Assembly: GCA_963705315.1 (NCBI GenBank)
Contig: OY970068.1
Span: 70,324-134,323 of the forward strand
Source of the DNA: an uncultured Actinomycetes bacterium
Lineage (GTDB): Bacteria > Actinomycetota > Thermoleophilia > Solirubrobacterales > Solirubrobacteraceae
DNA length: 64,000 nucleotides
Reading direction: 5' to 3'
The position numbers and the translations under genes are program-made. Shown piece by piece: positions 8,637 through 17,300 of this stretch. Each line of letters opens with the position of its first letter. Position 1 is the first letter of the stretch. Below the pieces are notes generated by a model that saw only the letters and a list, made by a program, of their open reading frames with translations, had not been told where the DNA came from and ran no database searches.

Positions 8637-8810
8637 CAGAAACAGCATCGATAAAGAACGAGCGTTGGTGGCTCAGACCGGCGGTGCGGGCGGGATCCGG
8701 CGAGGGGCGTGGTTCAGAACGTCCACTATTTCGTCGTCTTGAACCACGCCCCCTCGCGCGCGGCGCCGCGGCGCTTCATACCCTCGTTGCCTTATCGATG
8801 CTGTTCGCTG
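8637..8810. repeat. about 174-bp nested imperfect palindrome, ACAGCATCGATAA-terminus family, copy A
   Basis: The outer arm aacagcatcgataaagaacgag (8641..8662) pairs with ctcgttgccttatcgatgctgtt (8783..8805). The inner arm gcgaggggcgtggttcagaacg pairs with cgtcttgaaccacgccccctcgc around 8700..8757. It lies between convergent genes, and its right arm encodes the last codons and stop of the DUF3817 gene. Confidence 0.75.
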
Positions 8811-9112
8811 ACCGCGCGGCCACGCGCGGCCCCCCGCCGCCCCGCCCGCACGAACTCGATCGACCCGATGAACGGCCCGACGCCGCCCAGCACGGCGACC
8901 GCGACGGCCAGCCGCAGCGTGATCACGCGTAGGCGCAGCGCGGCCATGCAGGCCAGCGACATGAGGATCCAGCCGATCCCGTGCGACCAGCCGAGCACGG
9001 TCTTCAGCCCGTCGGGGCCGGTGAAGATCGAGATGAGCAGCCCGCTGTAGATCGCCGAGTGTGTGAACGACGCCCACTTCAGGCGCTGGAACGTCAGCAG
9101 CCGGCGCAGCAT
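8792..9112 (-). CDS. DUF3817-like small membrane protein
   Basis: Internal ATG at 9112 of ORF 8792..9706, giving 106 aa (MLRRLLTFQRLKWASFTHSAIYSGLLISIF...GWSHGIGWILMSLACMAALR). The upstream part of the long ORF is Arg-rich shadow. An ATGA overlap links it to the stop of the upstream NUDIX gene. Confidence 0.65.
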   Translation of the reverse strand: MLRRLLTFQRLKWASFTHSAIYSGLLISIFTGPDGLKTVLGWSHGIGWILMSLACMAALRLRVITLRLAVAVAVLGGVGPFIGSIEFVRAGRRGAARGRAVSEQHR

Positions 9113-9765
9113 CAGAGGCCGGCCGCGAGCAGCGTCGCCATGCGGCGCAGCGGTTCGTCCGCCTCGTCGGGCCAGTCGCCGACGTCGGCCGGCCACCACG
9201 CGTACTCGTCGTGCTCGGGATCCATCGACACCTCGGCGCCGTCGGGCAGCCACGCCAGGCCGACGACCATCACGAGCTGGTGGGGGAGGCGCACGAGCGC
9301 CTCGACGGTCAGCTCGGCGGGATCGACCGACCACTCCTCGCGCAGCTCGCGCGTGAGCGTGTGCGCCGGGCTCTCGCCGACGTCGACGGCGCCGCCGGCG
9401 CCCAGCGCCCAGCGCCCCGGCCACGAGGACAGCCACGGTGCGCGCCGGCCCGCCAGCCAGCGTCCGTCGGCCGCGCGCGTGACGGTCAGCGCGGCCATCG
9501 AGCCCGACGCGTCGCCTTCGACCAGGCGCAGCGCCCAGCGCATCGGCTGGAGCTCGAGCAGGAGGTGGCCACCGCGCTCGGCGTGATCGACGAGCCGCGC
9601 CGAGAGCCCGTCGTGACTCGGCGAACCGCGGTCGCGCAGCGCCTCGATCGCATCGTCCGCGGCCTCGGCGATCTTCGCGGGCGGGTCGTAGTGCTCCTGC
9701 TGCCAACGCGCGTGAACGCGGTCGACCGGCCAGTGGCCGCGAGCGAGGATGGCAGGCTCACGCAT
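9112..9765 (-). CDS. NUDIX family hydrolase
   Basis: Nudix box GGAVDVGESPAHTLTRELREEWSV. I chose the start at ATG 9765 (MREPAILARG); the alternative is 9885. Confidence 0.7.
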   Translation of the reverse strand: MREPAILARGHWPVDRVHARWQQEHYDPPAKIAEAADDAIEALRDRGSPSHDGLSARLVDHAERGGHLLLELQPMRWALRLVEGDASGSMAALTVTRAADGRWLAGRRAPWLSSWPGRWALGAGGAVDVGESPAHTLTRELREEWSVDPAELTVEALVRLPHQLVMVVGLAWLPDGAEVSMDPEHDEYAWWPADVGDWPDEADEPLRRMATLLAAGL

Positions 9766-9923
9766 CGGTTCAACGATAGTTCGCCAACCGCACGACGGAG
9801 TTGCTCGCACAGGACCAGCCCGCGGCGCGTGCGGGTCCTCGTGACGGGCGGCTCGGGCTTCCTCGCGTCGCACGGCGTCGACCACTTCGCGCAGCCCGCT
9901 CCCGGCGGCATTAGCCTCGAAGG

Positions 9924-11540
9924 ATGCGACGCCGCAAGCACTGGGGCTGGGGCTATGAGGACGACGCCTGGGCGCCCGAGCAGCTGCGCGCGGCGATGCC
10001 CGGGCTGGAGGAGCACCTGCGGATCACCGGCGCGACCGACATCGAGACGCCGGTCGCCCTCGAGGACGTCGTGCTGGCGCAGCCGCGCCTCGCGCCGCCT
10101 CCGGAGCTGGAGGAGATCTGCGCGACCGACGCGCACGCCCGCGCGACGCACGCCTGGGGCAGGTCCTACGCGGACATCGTGCGCGGCTTTCGCGGCCGCT
10201 TCGACTTCCCGCCCGACGTCGTCGCGCGCCCCCGCGGCGAGCGCGACGTCGAGGCGGTGCTCGAGTGGGCGGCGGCCGCGAACGCCGCGGTGATCCCGTA
10301 CGGCGGCGGCACGAGCGTGGTCGGCGGCGTCCAGTGCGAGATCCCCGCACGTTTCGACGGCGCCGTGTCGCTCGACCTCGGCGCGATGGATCGCGTGCTG
10401 CAGATCGACGACATCTCGCAGGCCGCGAACATCCAGGCCGGCGCGCTCGGGCCCGTACTGGAGAAGCAGCTCAAGGCGCTTGACCTGACGCTGCGCTTCT
10501 ATCCGCAGTCCTTCGAGCTCTCCACGCTCGGCGGCTGGATCGCCACGCGCGCGGGCGGGCACTTCGCGACGGCCGAGACGCACATCGACGACCTCGTCGA
10601 GTCGATCCGCGCGATCACCCCGGCGGGCGCGTGGCAGTCGCGCCGCGTGCCCGGATCGGGCGCCGGCATCTCACCCGACAGGATGCTGCTCGGCTCGGAG
10701 GGCACGCTCGGCGTCATCACCGAGGCGTGGGTGCGCGTCCGCCCGCGGCCGCAGGCGCACTCGCTGGCGGCGGTGCGCTTCGCCGAATTCCGGTCCGGCG
10801 TCGATGCGCTGCGCGCGATCTCCCAGTCGGGACTGCGGCCGTCCAACTGCCGCCTGATCGATGCCGAGGAGGCGCGCATGACCGGCGCCGCCGACGGCAC
10901 CGCCGCGCTGCTCGTGCTCGGCTTCGAGGCGGCGACCGAGGCGCTGCTGCCGGTCGGCGAGCTGCTCGACCGCGCGCTCGCGCTGTGCGCCGACGAGGGC
11001 GGCGAATGGGACGACTCGACAGTCCGCCGGCCGCGCTTCACCGGCGACAAGGGCAGCGGCTCGGGCGGCGACGCCGTCGGCGCCTGGCGGGCGGCGTTCT
11101 TCCGCGCGCCGTACCTGCGCGACGCGTTCGTCGCGATGGGGATCCTGTCGGAGACGTTCGAGACCGCGATCACCTGGGAGCGCTTCGGCGCGCTGCACGC
11201 GGCGGTGAGCGCCGCCGCGGCCGAGGCGATCGGCGAGGGCGGCCGGGTGACGTGCCGCATCTCCCACGTCTATCCCGACGGGCCGGCGCCGTACTTCACC
11301 GTCCTCGCGGCGGCGCGCCGCGGCGAGGAGCTCGAGCAGTGGGCGCAGATCAAGCGCGCCGCGACGGACGCGCTCGTCGGCGCGGGCGCCACGATCACGC
11401 ACCACCACGCGGTCGGCCGCGATCACCGGCCGTGGTACGACGACCAGCGTCCCGAACCGTTCGCGGCGGCGCTGCGCGCGGCCAAGGCGGCGGTCGATCC
11501 GGCGGGGCGGCTCAACCCGGGGGTCTTGATCGACTCCTGA
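9924..11540 (+). CDS. FAD-linked oxidase (alkyl-DHAP synthase-like, PCMH-type FAD-binding)
   Basis: 538-aa ORF. The N-terminus RRKHWGWGYED is typical of this family. Other motifs are VIPYGGGTSVVGG, and GGWIATRAGGH together with ISHVYPDGPAPYFT. Confidence 0.8.
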   Translation: MRRRKHWGWGYEDDAWAPEQLRAAMPGLEEHLRITGATDIETPVALEDVVLAQPRLAPPPELEEICATDAHARATHAWGRSYADIVRGFRGRFDFPPDVVARPRGERDVEAVLEWAAAANAAVIPYGGGTSVVGGVQCEIPARFDGAVSLDLGAMDRVLQIDDISQAANIQAGALGPVLEKQLKALDLTLRFYPQSFELSTLGGWIATRAGGHFATAETHIDDLVESIRAITPAGAWQSRRVPGSGAGISPDRMLLGSEGTLGVITEAWVRVRPRPQAHSLAAVRFAEFRSGVDALRAISQSGLRPSNCRLIDAEEARMTGAADGTAALLVLGFEAATEALLPVGELLDRALALCADEGGEWDDSTVRRPRFTGDKGSGSGGDAVGAWRAAFFRAPYLRDAFVAMGILSETFETAITWERFGALHAAVSAAAAEAIGEGGRVTCRISHVYPDGPAPYFTVLAAARRGEELEQWAQIKRAATDALVGAGATITHHHAVGRDHRPWYDDQRPEPFAAALRAAKAAVDPAGRLNPGVLIDS

Positions 11541-11566
11541 ACCGGCGATAGGTTTCACGACTTCGC

Positions 11567-11983
11567 ATGGCAGCTGACACGTCGAAGATCGCCGCCAACC
11601 TGCGCGCCTTCCGGATCGGGGTCAACTCGCATGACCGTGAGAACCCGACGCACACCGCCCACGGCATCGGCCTGAACCCGTTCGACATGGAGCGGCTCGG
11701 CTTCGACGAGGGCGAGGAGATCTTCCCGGGGATCACGATCCAGGCCGACAGCGGCGTGACCGGCAACTTCCGCGTGCTGTGCGACGGCGATCACCTCGAG
11801 GAGCTCGAGGCCGAGGAGTCCGAGGTCATCGAGGCGGTCTCGACGCAGCCGGCGATGGTGCCGGTTGGGGTACCTAAGGTGACGTCGCCGGAAGGTCGCC
11901 GTACCACCCGCTGCGCGGGCGGTGCCAGGCGACCGGACGGCGAAACTCTGTTGCCTTCACGCGAGGACGAGCGTCTGACTTGA
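11567..11983 (+). CDS. hypothetical protein whose 3' end runs into a repeat element
   Basis: 138-aa ATG ORF. The first 100 aa or so have a natural acidic composition. The last 35 aa are encoded by the repeat at 11879..11946 and are probably not conserved. Confidence 0.4.
   Translation: MAADTSKIAANLRAFRIGVNSHDRENPTHTAHGIGLNPFDMERLGFDEGEEIFPGITIQADSGVTGNFRVLCDGDHLEELEAEESEVIEAVSTQPAMVPVGVPKVTSPEGRRTTRCAGGARRPDGETLLPSREDERLT
11879..11946 (+). repeat. GTRACGTCGNC-hairpin-GGCGAAAC motif, copy 1 of 5
   Basis: The copy reads gtgacgtcgcc ... ggtcgcc/ggcgacc stem ... ggcgaaac. It has the same architecture and orientation as the copies at 30820, 37860, 55072 and 61848. Confidence 0.6.
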
Positions 11984-12136
11984 GGGGGACGGGCGGTATG
12001 GGGCGCGCGCGGCCTGGGAGGAGCCGCGCGCGCCCCGCCCACGCCCGCGTTCGGTCTGCGGCGTCGCCGGTGAGAGTGCGGGATCCGTCGAGGAGCTGCA
12101 CAGTGAGCTCCGGGTGCCGGACGGTCCTACAGCGCG

Positions 12137-12252
12137 TGTCGCCTATGCAGCGCCATAGGCAGCAAGTTCGACACGCACCCGTCTGACAGGCTCAACGCAG
12201 GCGAACGATGTCGCCTATGCAGCGCCATAGGCAGCAACTTCGACACGCACCC
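12137..12252. repeat. two 44-bp direct repeat units 72 bp apart, each with an internal 7-bp hairpin
   Basis: tgtcgcctatgcagcgccataggcagcaa(g/c)ttcgacacgcaccc occurs at 12137..12180 and 12209..12252 (43/44 identical). The core gcctatg-cagcgc-cataggc is a stem-loop. About 90% of the core recurs at 29209..29309. Confidence 0.8.
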
Positions 12253-12604
12253 ACGGTGCGCCTATTCGCGCGGAGCGCAACCGCTTCGGCGCGGTGAGCC
12301 GCCGCCGCTCAGGCGGCTGAATGACCCGTCGTGGCAGCGCTTGTCCGGATGCCGGCGCTTGGTCTCCGCGCAGTACATCGGGATCAAGATCGATGTCGCC
12401 GGGCCACACGATCGTGCCGAACTCCGAATCGACCGCAACAGCCTCAAAGACGCTGCGGTCGTCGCGAACCGGGGCGAAGACGCCGCCGGCCTCGAACAAA
12501 CCGGCGAGATCGACCTCGTGCACGGCGCCGTCGCCGAACGTCAGCCGCACCCAGCGCTCGGCGAGCGGGTCAACGTCAGTGATGGTTGTACGCGAGGCGG
12601 TCAT
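12215..12604 (-). CDS. DUF2442 domain protein
   Basis: 129-aa ORF containing VRLTFGDGAVHEVDLAGLFEAGGVFAPVRDDRSVFEAVAVDSEFGTIVWPGDIDLDPDVL, a typical DUF2442 pattern. The C-terminal tail is encoded by the repeat at 12209..12252. Confidence 0.7.
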   Translation of the reverse strand: MTASRTTITDVDPLAERWVRLTFGDGAVHEVDLAGLFEAGGVFAPVRDDRSVFEAVAVDSEFGTIVWPGDIDLDPDVLRGDQAPASGQALPRRVIQPPERRRLTAPKRLRSARIGAPWVRVEVAAYGAA

Positions 12605-12860
12605 GGCAGCGGCGCGATCGGCGCCGGCTGCTCAGGAACCTGGATTCGCTCCCAGTTGGCGGCGAGCTCGTCGCGATGAATCGACGCCCATTCTCGCACC
12701 ATCCGCAACGCCCGTCGGGCAACGCGCCCCGAACGATCTCGCCGGTCGCGATCGCGATGACCGCCTCCTCACCCGCGGACACCGCGTGGAAATGCGGCGG
12801 CGCATTATCCGCGAAGTACATCCGGACCACGATCCCGTAGAAGCGACTGATCGTCGGCAC
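12601..12860 (-). pseudogene. DUF4160 domain protein, frameshifted (apparent 1-nt deletion at the run 12717..12719)
   Basis: From GTG 12860 the frame reads VPTISRFYGIVVRMYFADNAPPHFHAVSAGEEAVIAIATGEIVRGALP. The canonical continuation RRALRMVREWASIHRDELAANWERIQ...LP* is in the -1 frame and ends at TGA 12601..12603 in an ATGA overlap with the DUF2442 start. The span is 260 nt, one short of a multiple of three. Confidence 0.65.
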
Positions 12861-12926
12861 ACCACCAGCATCGTCGCGACGACGGATGCCAAGCTCCGCG
12901 ACCAGCGCTTGCCAGCTCTGCCTCAC

Positions 12927-13709
12927 TCACGACAGCTCGACGTCCAAGCCCTCAGCGATGAAGCACACGAGGCCCGCGATCTTCATCGCCTCGGCGCGCG
13001 GCAGCTCGTAGGTGACCGCGCCGTCCTCGAAGACCTCGCCGCCGGCGTGCACGTGCCAGTACGTCGCCTCGCCCTTGTAGGGGTCGACCGTGCGCGTGCG
13101 GCTCGGCGCGAGGCGCCCGGCCTGCACGACGCCCGGCGCCATGTAGGCGCGCACGGGCTCACCGGTCTCGAACAGCAGCCGCGGGCGCTGCACCGTCGCG
13201 ATGACGTCGTCGCCGACGCTGATGCGCGCCGGGCGCGAGCTCGGGTACACGTCGATGCGGTGGTACGGGTCGCGCAGGTGGCCGACGACCTCCTCGTCCT
13301 CGACGAGCCAGCGGTCGGCCTTGTCGAAGTACATGGCAGCGAATCCCTTCAGCCACGCCGCACGCTCGATCGGCTCCTCGTAGGCCCAGACGGCGTCCTC
13401 GCGCATGTCGTCGCCGGCGCGAACCGACCAGTACGTCGCGTCGCCCTTGAACGGGCAGTGCGTCGTCGTCGTCGAGCGCTCCATGACGGACATGTCGTAG
13501 TCCGCCAGCGGCACGTACGCGACCGGTCGGATTCCGGTCTCGTGCATGAGCTTCGCCTGGGTCGTGTCGAGGACAAGGTGATCGCCGACGTAGGCGCGCA
13601 GCCGGCGCGCATCGGGCTCGAAGAGCATGCGGTGCGGCGGCGAGTCGATCGTGTAGTTCGTCTCGGCCGCGCGGCCGCTGAGCGGGCCGGAGCCCGTCGT
13701 CAGGCTCAT
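12927..13709 (-). CDS. protein with two DUF427 domains
   Basis: 260 aa containing two copies of the pattern ...HCPFKGDATYWSV... / ...DPYKGEATYWHV..., which is characteristic of DUF427. Confidence 0.7.
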   Translation of the reverse strand: MSLTTGSGPLSGRAAETNYTIDSPPHRMLFEPDARRLRAYVGDHLVLDTTQAKLMHETGIRPVAYVPLADYDMSVMERSTTTTHCPFKGDATYWSVRAGDDMREDAVWAYEEPIERAAWLKGFAAMYFDKADRWLVEDEEVVGHLRDPYHRIDVYPSSRPARISVGDDVIATVQRPRLLFETGEPVRAYMAPGVVQAGRLAPSRTRTVDPYKGEATYWHVHAGGEVFEDGAVTYELPRAEAMKIAGLVCFIAEGLDVELS

Positions 13710-15235
13710 CGGTTTGGTGCCTGCACCTTCAGCTTGCGGTGAAACGCGCGAGCGAACAGATCGACCTCGCGCTCGACGGCCCAGCGCTCGACGCTCGCGG
13801 TGCCGTCGGCCTCGAGCTCGAGGCGGATCGTGCCGTTGTCGGATTGCACGTGCGCGGCGTGGACGGTCTGGTCGCGGCTGCGCTCGAGGTCCTCGGCGAG
13901 GCGCAGCAGCGTCGCCAGCCGGTCGAGCCTCTCGGCGTCGCCCTCGGTCGCGAGCGGCTCGAGCTCGCCGAACTCCGGCGTCCCCTTGCGGTGATAGCGC
14001 GCCGCCTGCGCGATGAGCGCGACCTCGCGCGGCTCGAAGCCCGCCAGCCCGGCATTGAGGATGAGGTAGCGCGAGTGCTTGTGGTGGTCGTCGTAGTCGA
14101 CGGACATGCCGATGTCGTGCAGCACGCTGGCGGAGACGAGCAGCTCGCGCTCGATCGGGTCGCCGGGGTGCAGGCCGGCCGCGGCCAGCTGGTCGAAGAG
14201 GTCCGTGGCGAGGCGCGTGACGTGTTCGGTGTGCGCCGGATCGACGTGGTAGCGCGCGGCGAGATTCACGACGCTCGACCGCCGCACGTCGTCGAAGAGT
14301 GGCGGCTCGCCGTCGAGGTAGGAGTCAAAGAAGATGCCCTCCCGCAGGCCGGCCTCCGTGACCTCGATCGCCGCGAACGCACCGATGTCGAGCACCGATC
14401 GCACGACGATCGCGCCGGCCAGGATGAGGTCGGCGCGGGCGTACTTGATGCCCTTCAGGCTGCTGCGCTCGGAGGCGGGGAGGTCCGCAAGCTCGTGGAT
14501 GAGGTCGTCGAGCGCGTCGCGCTCGATCTTGAAGCCCTGCACCCCGACCGACGGCTCACCGGCCTTGGCCTGCGCGGCGGCGGCGAGGTTGCGCATGGTG
14601 CCGCCGATGCCGACGATCCGCCGCCCGGAGCGCGGCAGCCAGGCGGCGGCTTCGTCGAGCGTCTCCTCGACGTGCGCGCGCAGCGCCTTGCGTTCCTTCT
14701 TGGACCGTCCCTCGTCCTCTGACAGGAAGTGCTCGGTCATGCGCACGGCACCGAGCGGCCAGGAGCCGAGCTGGCCGGCGTGCCGACCCTTGACCTCGAC
14801 GAGCTGCAGCGAGCCACCGCCGAGGTCGAATACCGCGCCGTCGGAAAGCGTCGTCGAGTTGACGGCGGCGAGATAGCCGAACCGCGCCTCCTCCTCGCGC
14901 GGGAGGACGCGGACGTCGAGGCCGGTCTCGCTCTTCACGCGGTCAAGGAACACCTGCTGGTTGGACGCGTCGCGGATCGCGCTGGTCGCAACCGCGCGGA
15001 CGTCGGGCGCCTCGATGCCCTGCGCGCGGCAGAAATGCGCAAAGACGTCGATCGCCTGGAGCGCTCGCCTCATCGGCTTGGCGCCGAGCTCGCCGCTCGC
15101 CTCGAGCCCCTGCCCGATCCGCACCGCCTCGTAGATCTCGTCGGTCCGTTTCCACCACCCGTCGGCGTCGGTGAAGACAACAAGCCGGAACGAGTTCGAG
15201 CCGAGGTCGATGACTGCGGTGCGTTGCTCGGCCAC
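13706..15235 (-). CDS. ppx: Ppx/GppA family exopolyphosphatase / guanosine pentaphosphate phosphohydrolase with a C-terminal HD-like region
   Basis: AVIDLGSNSFRLVVF and DLGGGSLQLV are ASKHA phosphate motifs, and LHDIGMSVDYDDHHKHS is HD-like. I chose the start at GTG 15235 because the upstream part of ORF 13706..15397 is Arg-rich. The stop overlaps the DUF427 start (ATGA at 13706..13709). Confidence 0.8.
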   Translation of the reverse strand: MAEQRTAVIDLGSNSFRLVVFTDADGWWKRTDEIYEAVRIGQGLEASGELGAKPMRRALQAIDVFAHFCRAQGIEAPDVRAVATSAIRDASNQQVFLDRVKSETGLDVRVLPREEEARFGYLAAVNSTTLSDGAVFDLGGGSLQLVEVKGRHAGQLGSWPLGAVRMTEHFLSEDEGRSKKERKALRAHVEETLDEAAAWLPRSGRRIVGIGGTMRNLAAAAQAKAGEPSVGVQGFKIERDALDDLIHELADLPASERSSLKGIKYARADLILAGAIVVRSVLDIGAFAAIEVTEAGLREGIFFDSYLDGEPPLFDDVRRSSVVNLAARYHVDPAHTEHVTRLATDLFDQLAAAGLHPGDPIERELLVSASVLHDIGMSVDYDDHHKHSRYLILNAGLAGFEPREVALIAQAARYHRKGTPEFGELEPLATEGDAERLDRLATLLRLAEDLERSRDQTVHAAHVQSDNGTIRLELEADGTASVERWAVEREVDLFARAFHRKLKVQAPNR

Positions 15236-15575
15236 GGGCTTCGAGGATAGATGGCGGTCCGGGCGGAGCAGGAGAGCGAGCGCGCGACCGCGACCGCGAG
15301 GTCGCGCGCCGTGCCGGGCGTCGGCACGGCGTCGTGGCGTGACGGCAACTGCTCGCGATCGGCTCAGCCCGCGCGCCGTCGACGGGTGACTCAGCAAGGG
15401 CCGACCTCGGCTGGCACGACCGACCGGTGATCTCAGAGCTCGACGATGTCGAGCTGCTCGTCGCGGGCCATTGCGACGAGCATCGCGTCCAGCGTGGCGA
15501 TCGAGTCACCCGGGTCGGTGCATGCAAGCAATGCACAGTTCACCAATGACACCGGGCGACGCGTGCGGTGATAAT

Positions 15576-15614
15576 GGGGTGCCGTTAAAAAACGTCGCAC
15601 CAGGTGACAAGTAG
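15576..15614 (+). repeat. left terminal inverted repeat (IRL) of the Tn3-family element
   Basis: It starts with GGGG, as in Tn3-family IRs, and matches IRR at 34/39 positions. It is preceded by ATAAT. Confidence 0.85.
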
Positions 15615-15646
15615 CCGGATCGGACGCGCTGTGTGTGGAGCGCGGT

Positions 15647-17300
15647 TCAGACCGTCTCGTCGTCGCTCTCCGCCGGCGAGGCCTGGCTGAGGGCGAGGCG
15701 CTTGGTCATGTTGAGCGTGATCTCGCCGTAGGGTCGGACGTGCGCCCAGAACAGCGCGGTGAGGCCGCGGTGGTCTTCGGCGGTGAGCACGCCCTGCCAT
15801 TCGGGCTCGGCGAGGATGTCCTGGAGCATCAGCGTGTTCACGTAGACGAGCGCGGCTTGGAGGATGTGCAGGGCGAGCATCCCGAGTTGTTGCTGGTCGC
15901 GCCGGTTGGTTGCGAACTCGCCGCTCTTGCCGAAGAAGATGACGCCGTTGACGCGGTTCCAGGACTCGAAGCGCGTCGTTGAGCGCGGCGAGCTCGGTGC
16001 GCATCTCCTCCCGCAGCCCGGCGGTGAAGACGGCAGGGTCCAGGGGCTTGCGCAGCTTGTCGTAGTGCTCGGCTCGGTGGACCTCGAAGTCGGCCGGGAG
16101 GTCCTCGTCGGGGTTTCGCCATTCGTGCGCGCCGACGACCCAGATCTCCTTGCAGCGCAGCCGCTCGCGCAACGCTTGAATGACGCGCGCCTCGTAGACG
16201 CCACGCACCACGCGGGCCCGGCCACGCGAGTCGGTCTTGGTCAACAGCTCGGTCCAGTCGGCGTTGACGGCGCCGTCCAGGACGACGTGCTCGCCGAGCG
16301 GGTAGTACGTGCCGCCGTGGTGGGCGTAGCGGACGATCAGTCCGAGGGCGTCGATGACGGGCTGATGCGTGGTGTTGTTGGATCTGAACTCGAGCACGCC
16401 GAGCAGCCGGATCAGGCCGCGCCGGTAGTGGTTGGTGTAGGAGGCCTTGAAGACCTTGCGCTTCTGACGCTGATACTCCGAGCCGGTCGCGCGGTACTCC
16501 TTGACCAAGTCGGTCAGCGTCGCCTCGCCGCCGACGACCGGGTAGATCACCTCCCGGACGCTGTCGTCCGGGGTCTTGAGGGAGGCTTCGGCGATCTTGC
16601 GCAGCATCGCGTCCTTGCCGCGAACGCGGCGGAAGTCCTTGACGAACTCCTCGACGACCTTCTGCTCGGCATGTGCGTTGATCCTGTGGATCGTCGAGAT
16701 GAGCAGCTGCGCGAGCGTGTCGGTGACCTCCCGCTCACGCAGGACCAGCAGCGCGCATAACAAGGCGAGCCTGGTCGGCCGGGGATGCTCGCGCAGATGG
16801 CTGGGCGACTCGACCATCGCTCGGGCCCGCCAGCCCGCGACGATCTTCGGCGCGACGCCGGCGAACAGGTCGCCGGGGAGCCCGATCGCTCGGATCGCCT
16901 CGAGCTTTGAGATCTCGACGAGCATCGTGTCCAGGCTCACGTTGCCCGGTGCCGACTTGATTACGGCCAGCACATCCTCACCGTCATCGTGCTCGTCATC
17001 GCTGTTTGCGATCAGCGCCTGGACGCGCTTGGCCGCAGCCACGCCGACACGGTCGGCGACAAGCGCCAGCAGCGCCTGTTCGGCTTGATAGAGCGCCGAC
17101 CTGACGATCTCGGCGAGCCTGTCGGGGGTGGGCGGCTCGATCAGTTCCGCGCGACAGCGCGCGAGCAACTGCTCGTGAACGCGGTCGTGGCCGCGCTCGA
17201 CGCCGGCGACGTGCTCCGTTAACCACGCCGTCAACGGGTCGGCGTCGGTGACACTGCATTCCCTGAAGCCCGCGTAGGCACGGCTCTCCGTGCGGTGGCG
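15647..17300 (-). pseudogene. tnpA: Tn3-family transposase TnpA remnant (5'-truncated, about 1.4-kb internal deletion with frameshift)
   Basis: ORF 15585..17234 carries the DUF4158-distal and central TnpA regions (EISKLEAIRAIGLPGDLF, HLREHPRPTRLALLCALLV). Homology continues upstream to an in-frame TAG at 17301..17303. The extreme C-terminus (NGVIFFGKSGEFATNRRDQQQLGMLALHILQAALVYVNTLM...RPYGEITLN) is in another frame (ORF 15647..16225). About 530 codons remain of an expected 1000, and the DDE catalytic core is missing. Confidence 0.8.

Noticed and set aside
12137-12252. A possible CRISPR array, considered because of direct repeats with spacers here and at 29209..29309 and 48458..48560.
   Set aside because: There are only two units per locus and no cas genes in the window. 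The units themselves differ between loci, and they contain hairpins typical of REP/BIME-like elements.
13706-15397. Long N-terminal extensions offered by the ORF track. Examples are ppx to 15397, pyk to 31068, the reductase from 18136, the aminotransferase to 35596, MCE6 from 45809, the MBL hydrolase from 26504, gloA to 26306 and tenA to 50799.
   Set aside because: The extensions are Arg/Pro-rich, or they overlap neighbouring genes or repeats. Internal ATG or GTG starts coincide with the beginning of family similarity and often with 4-nt translational-coupling overlaps.
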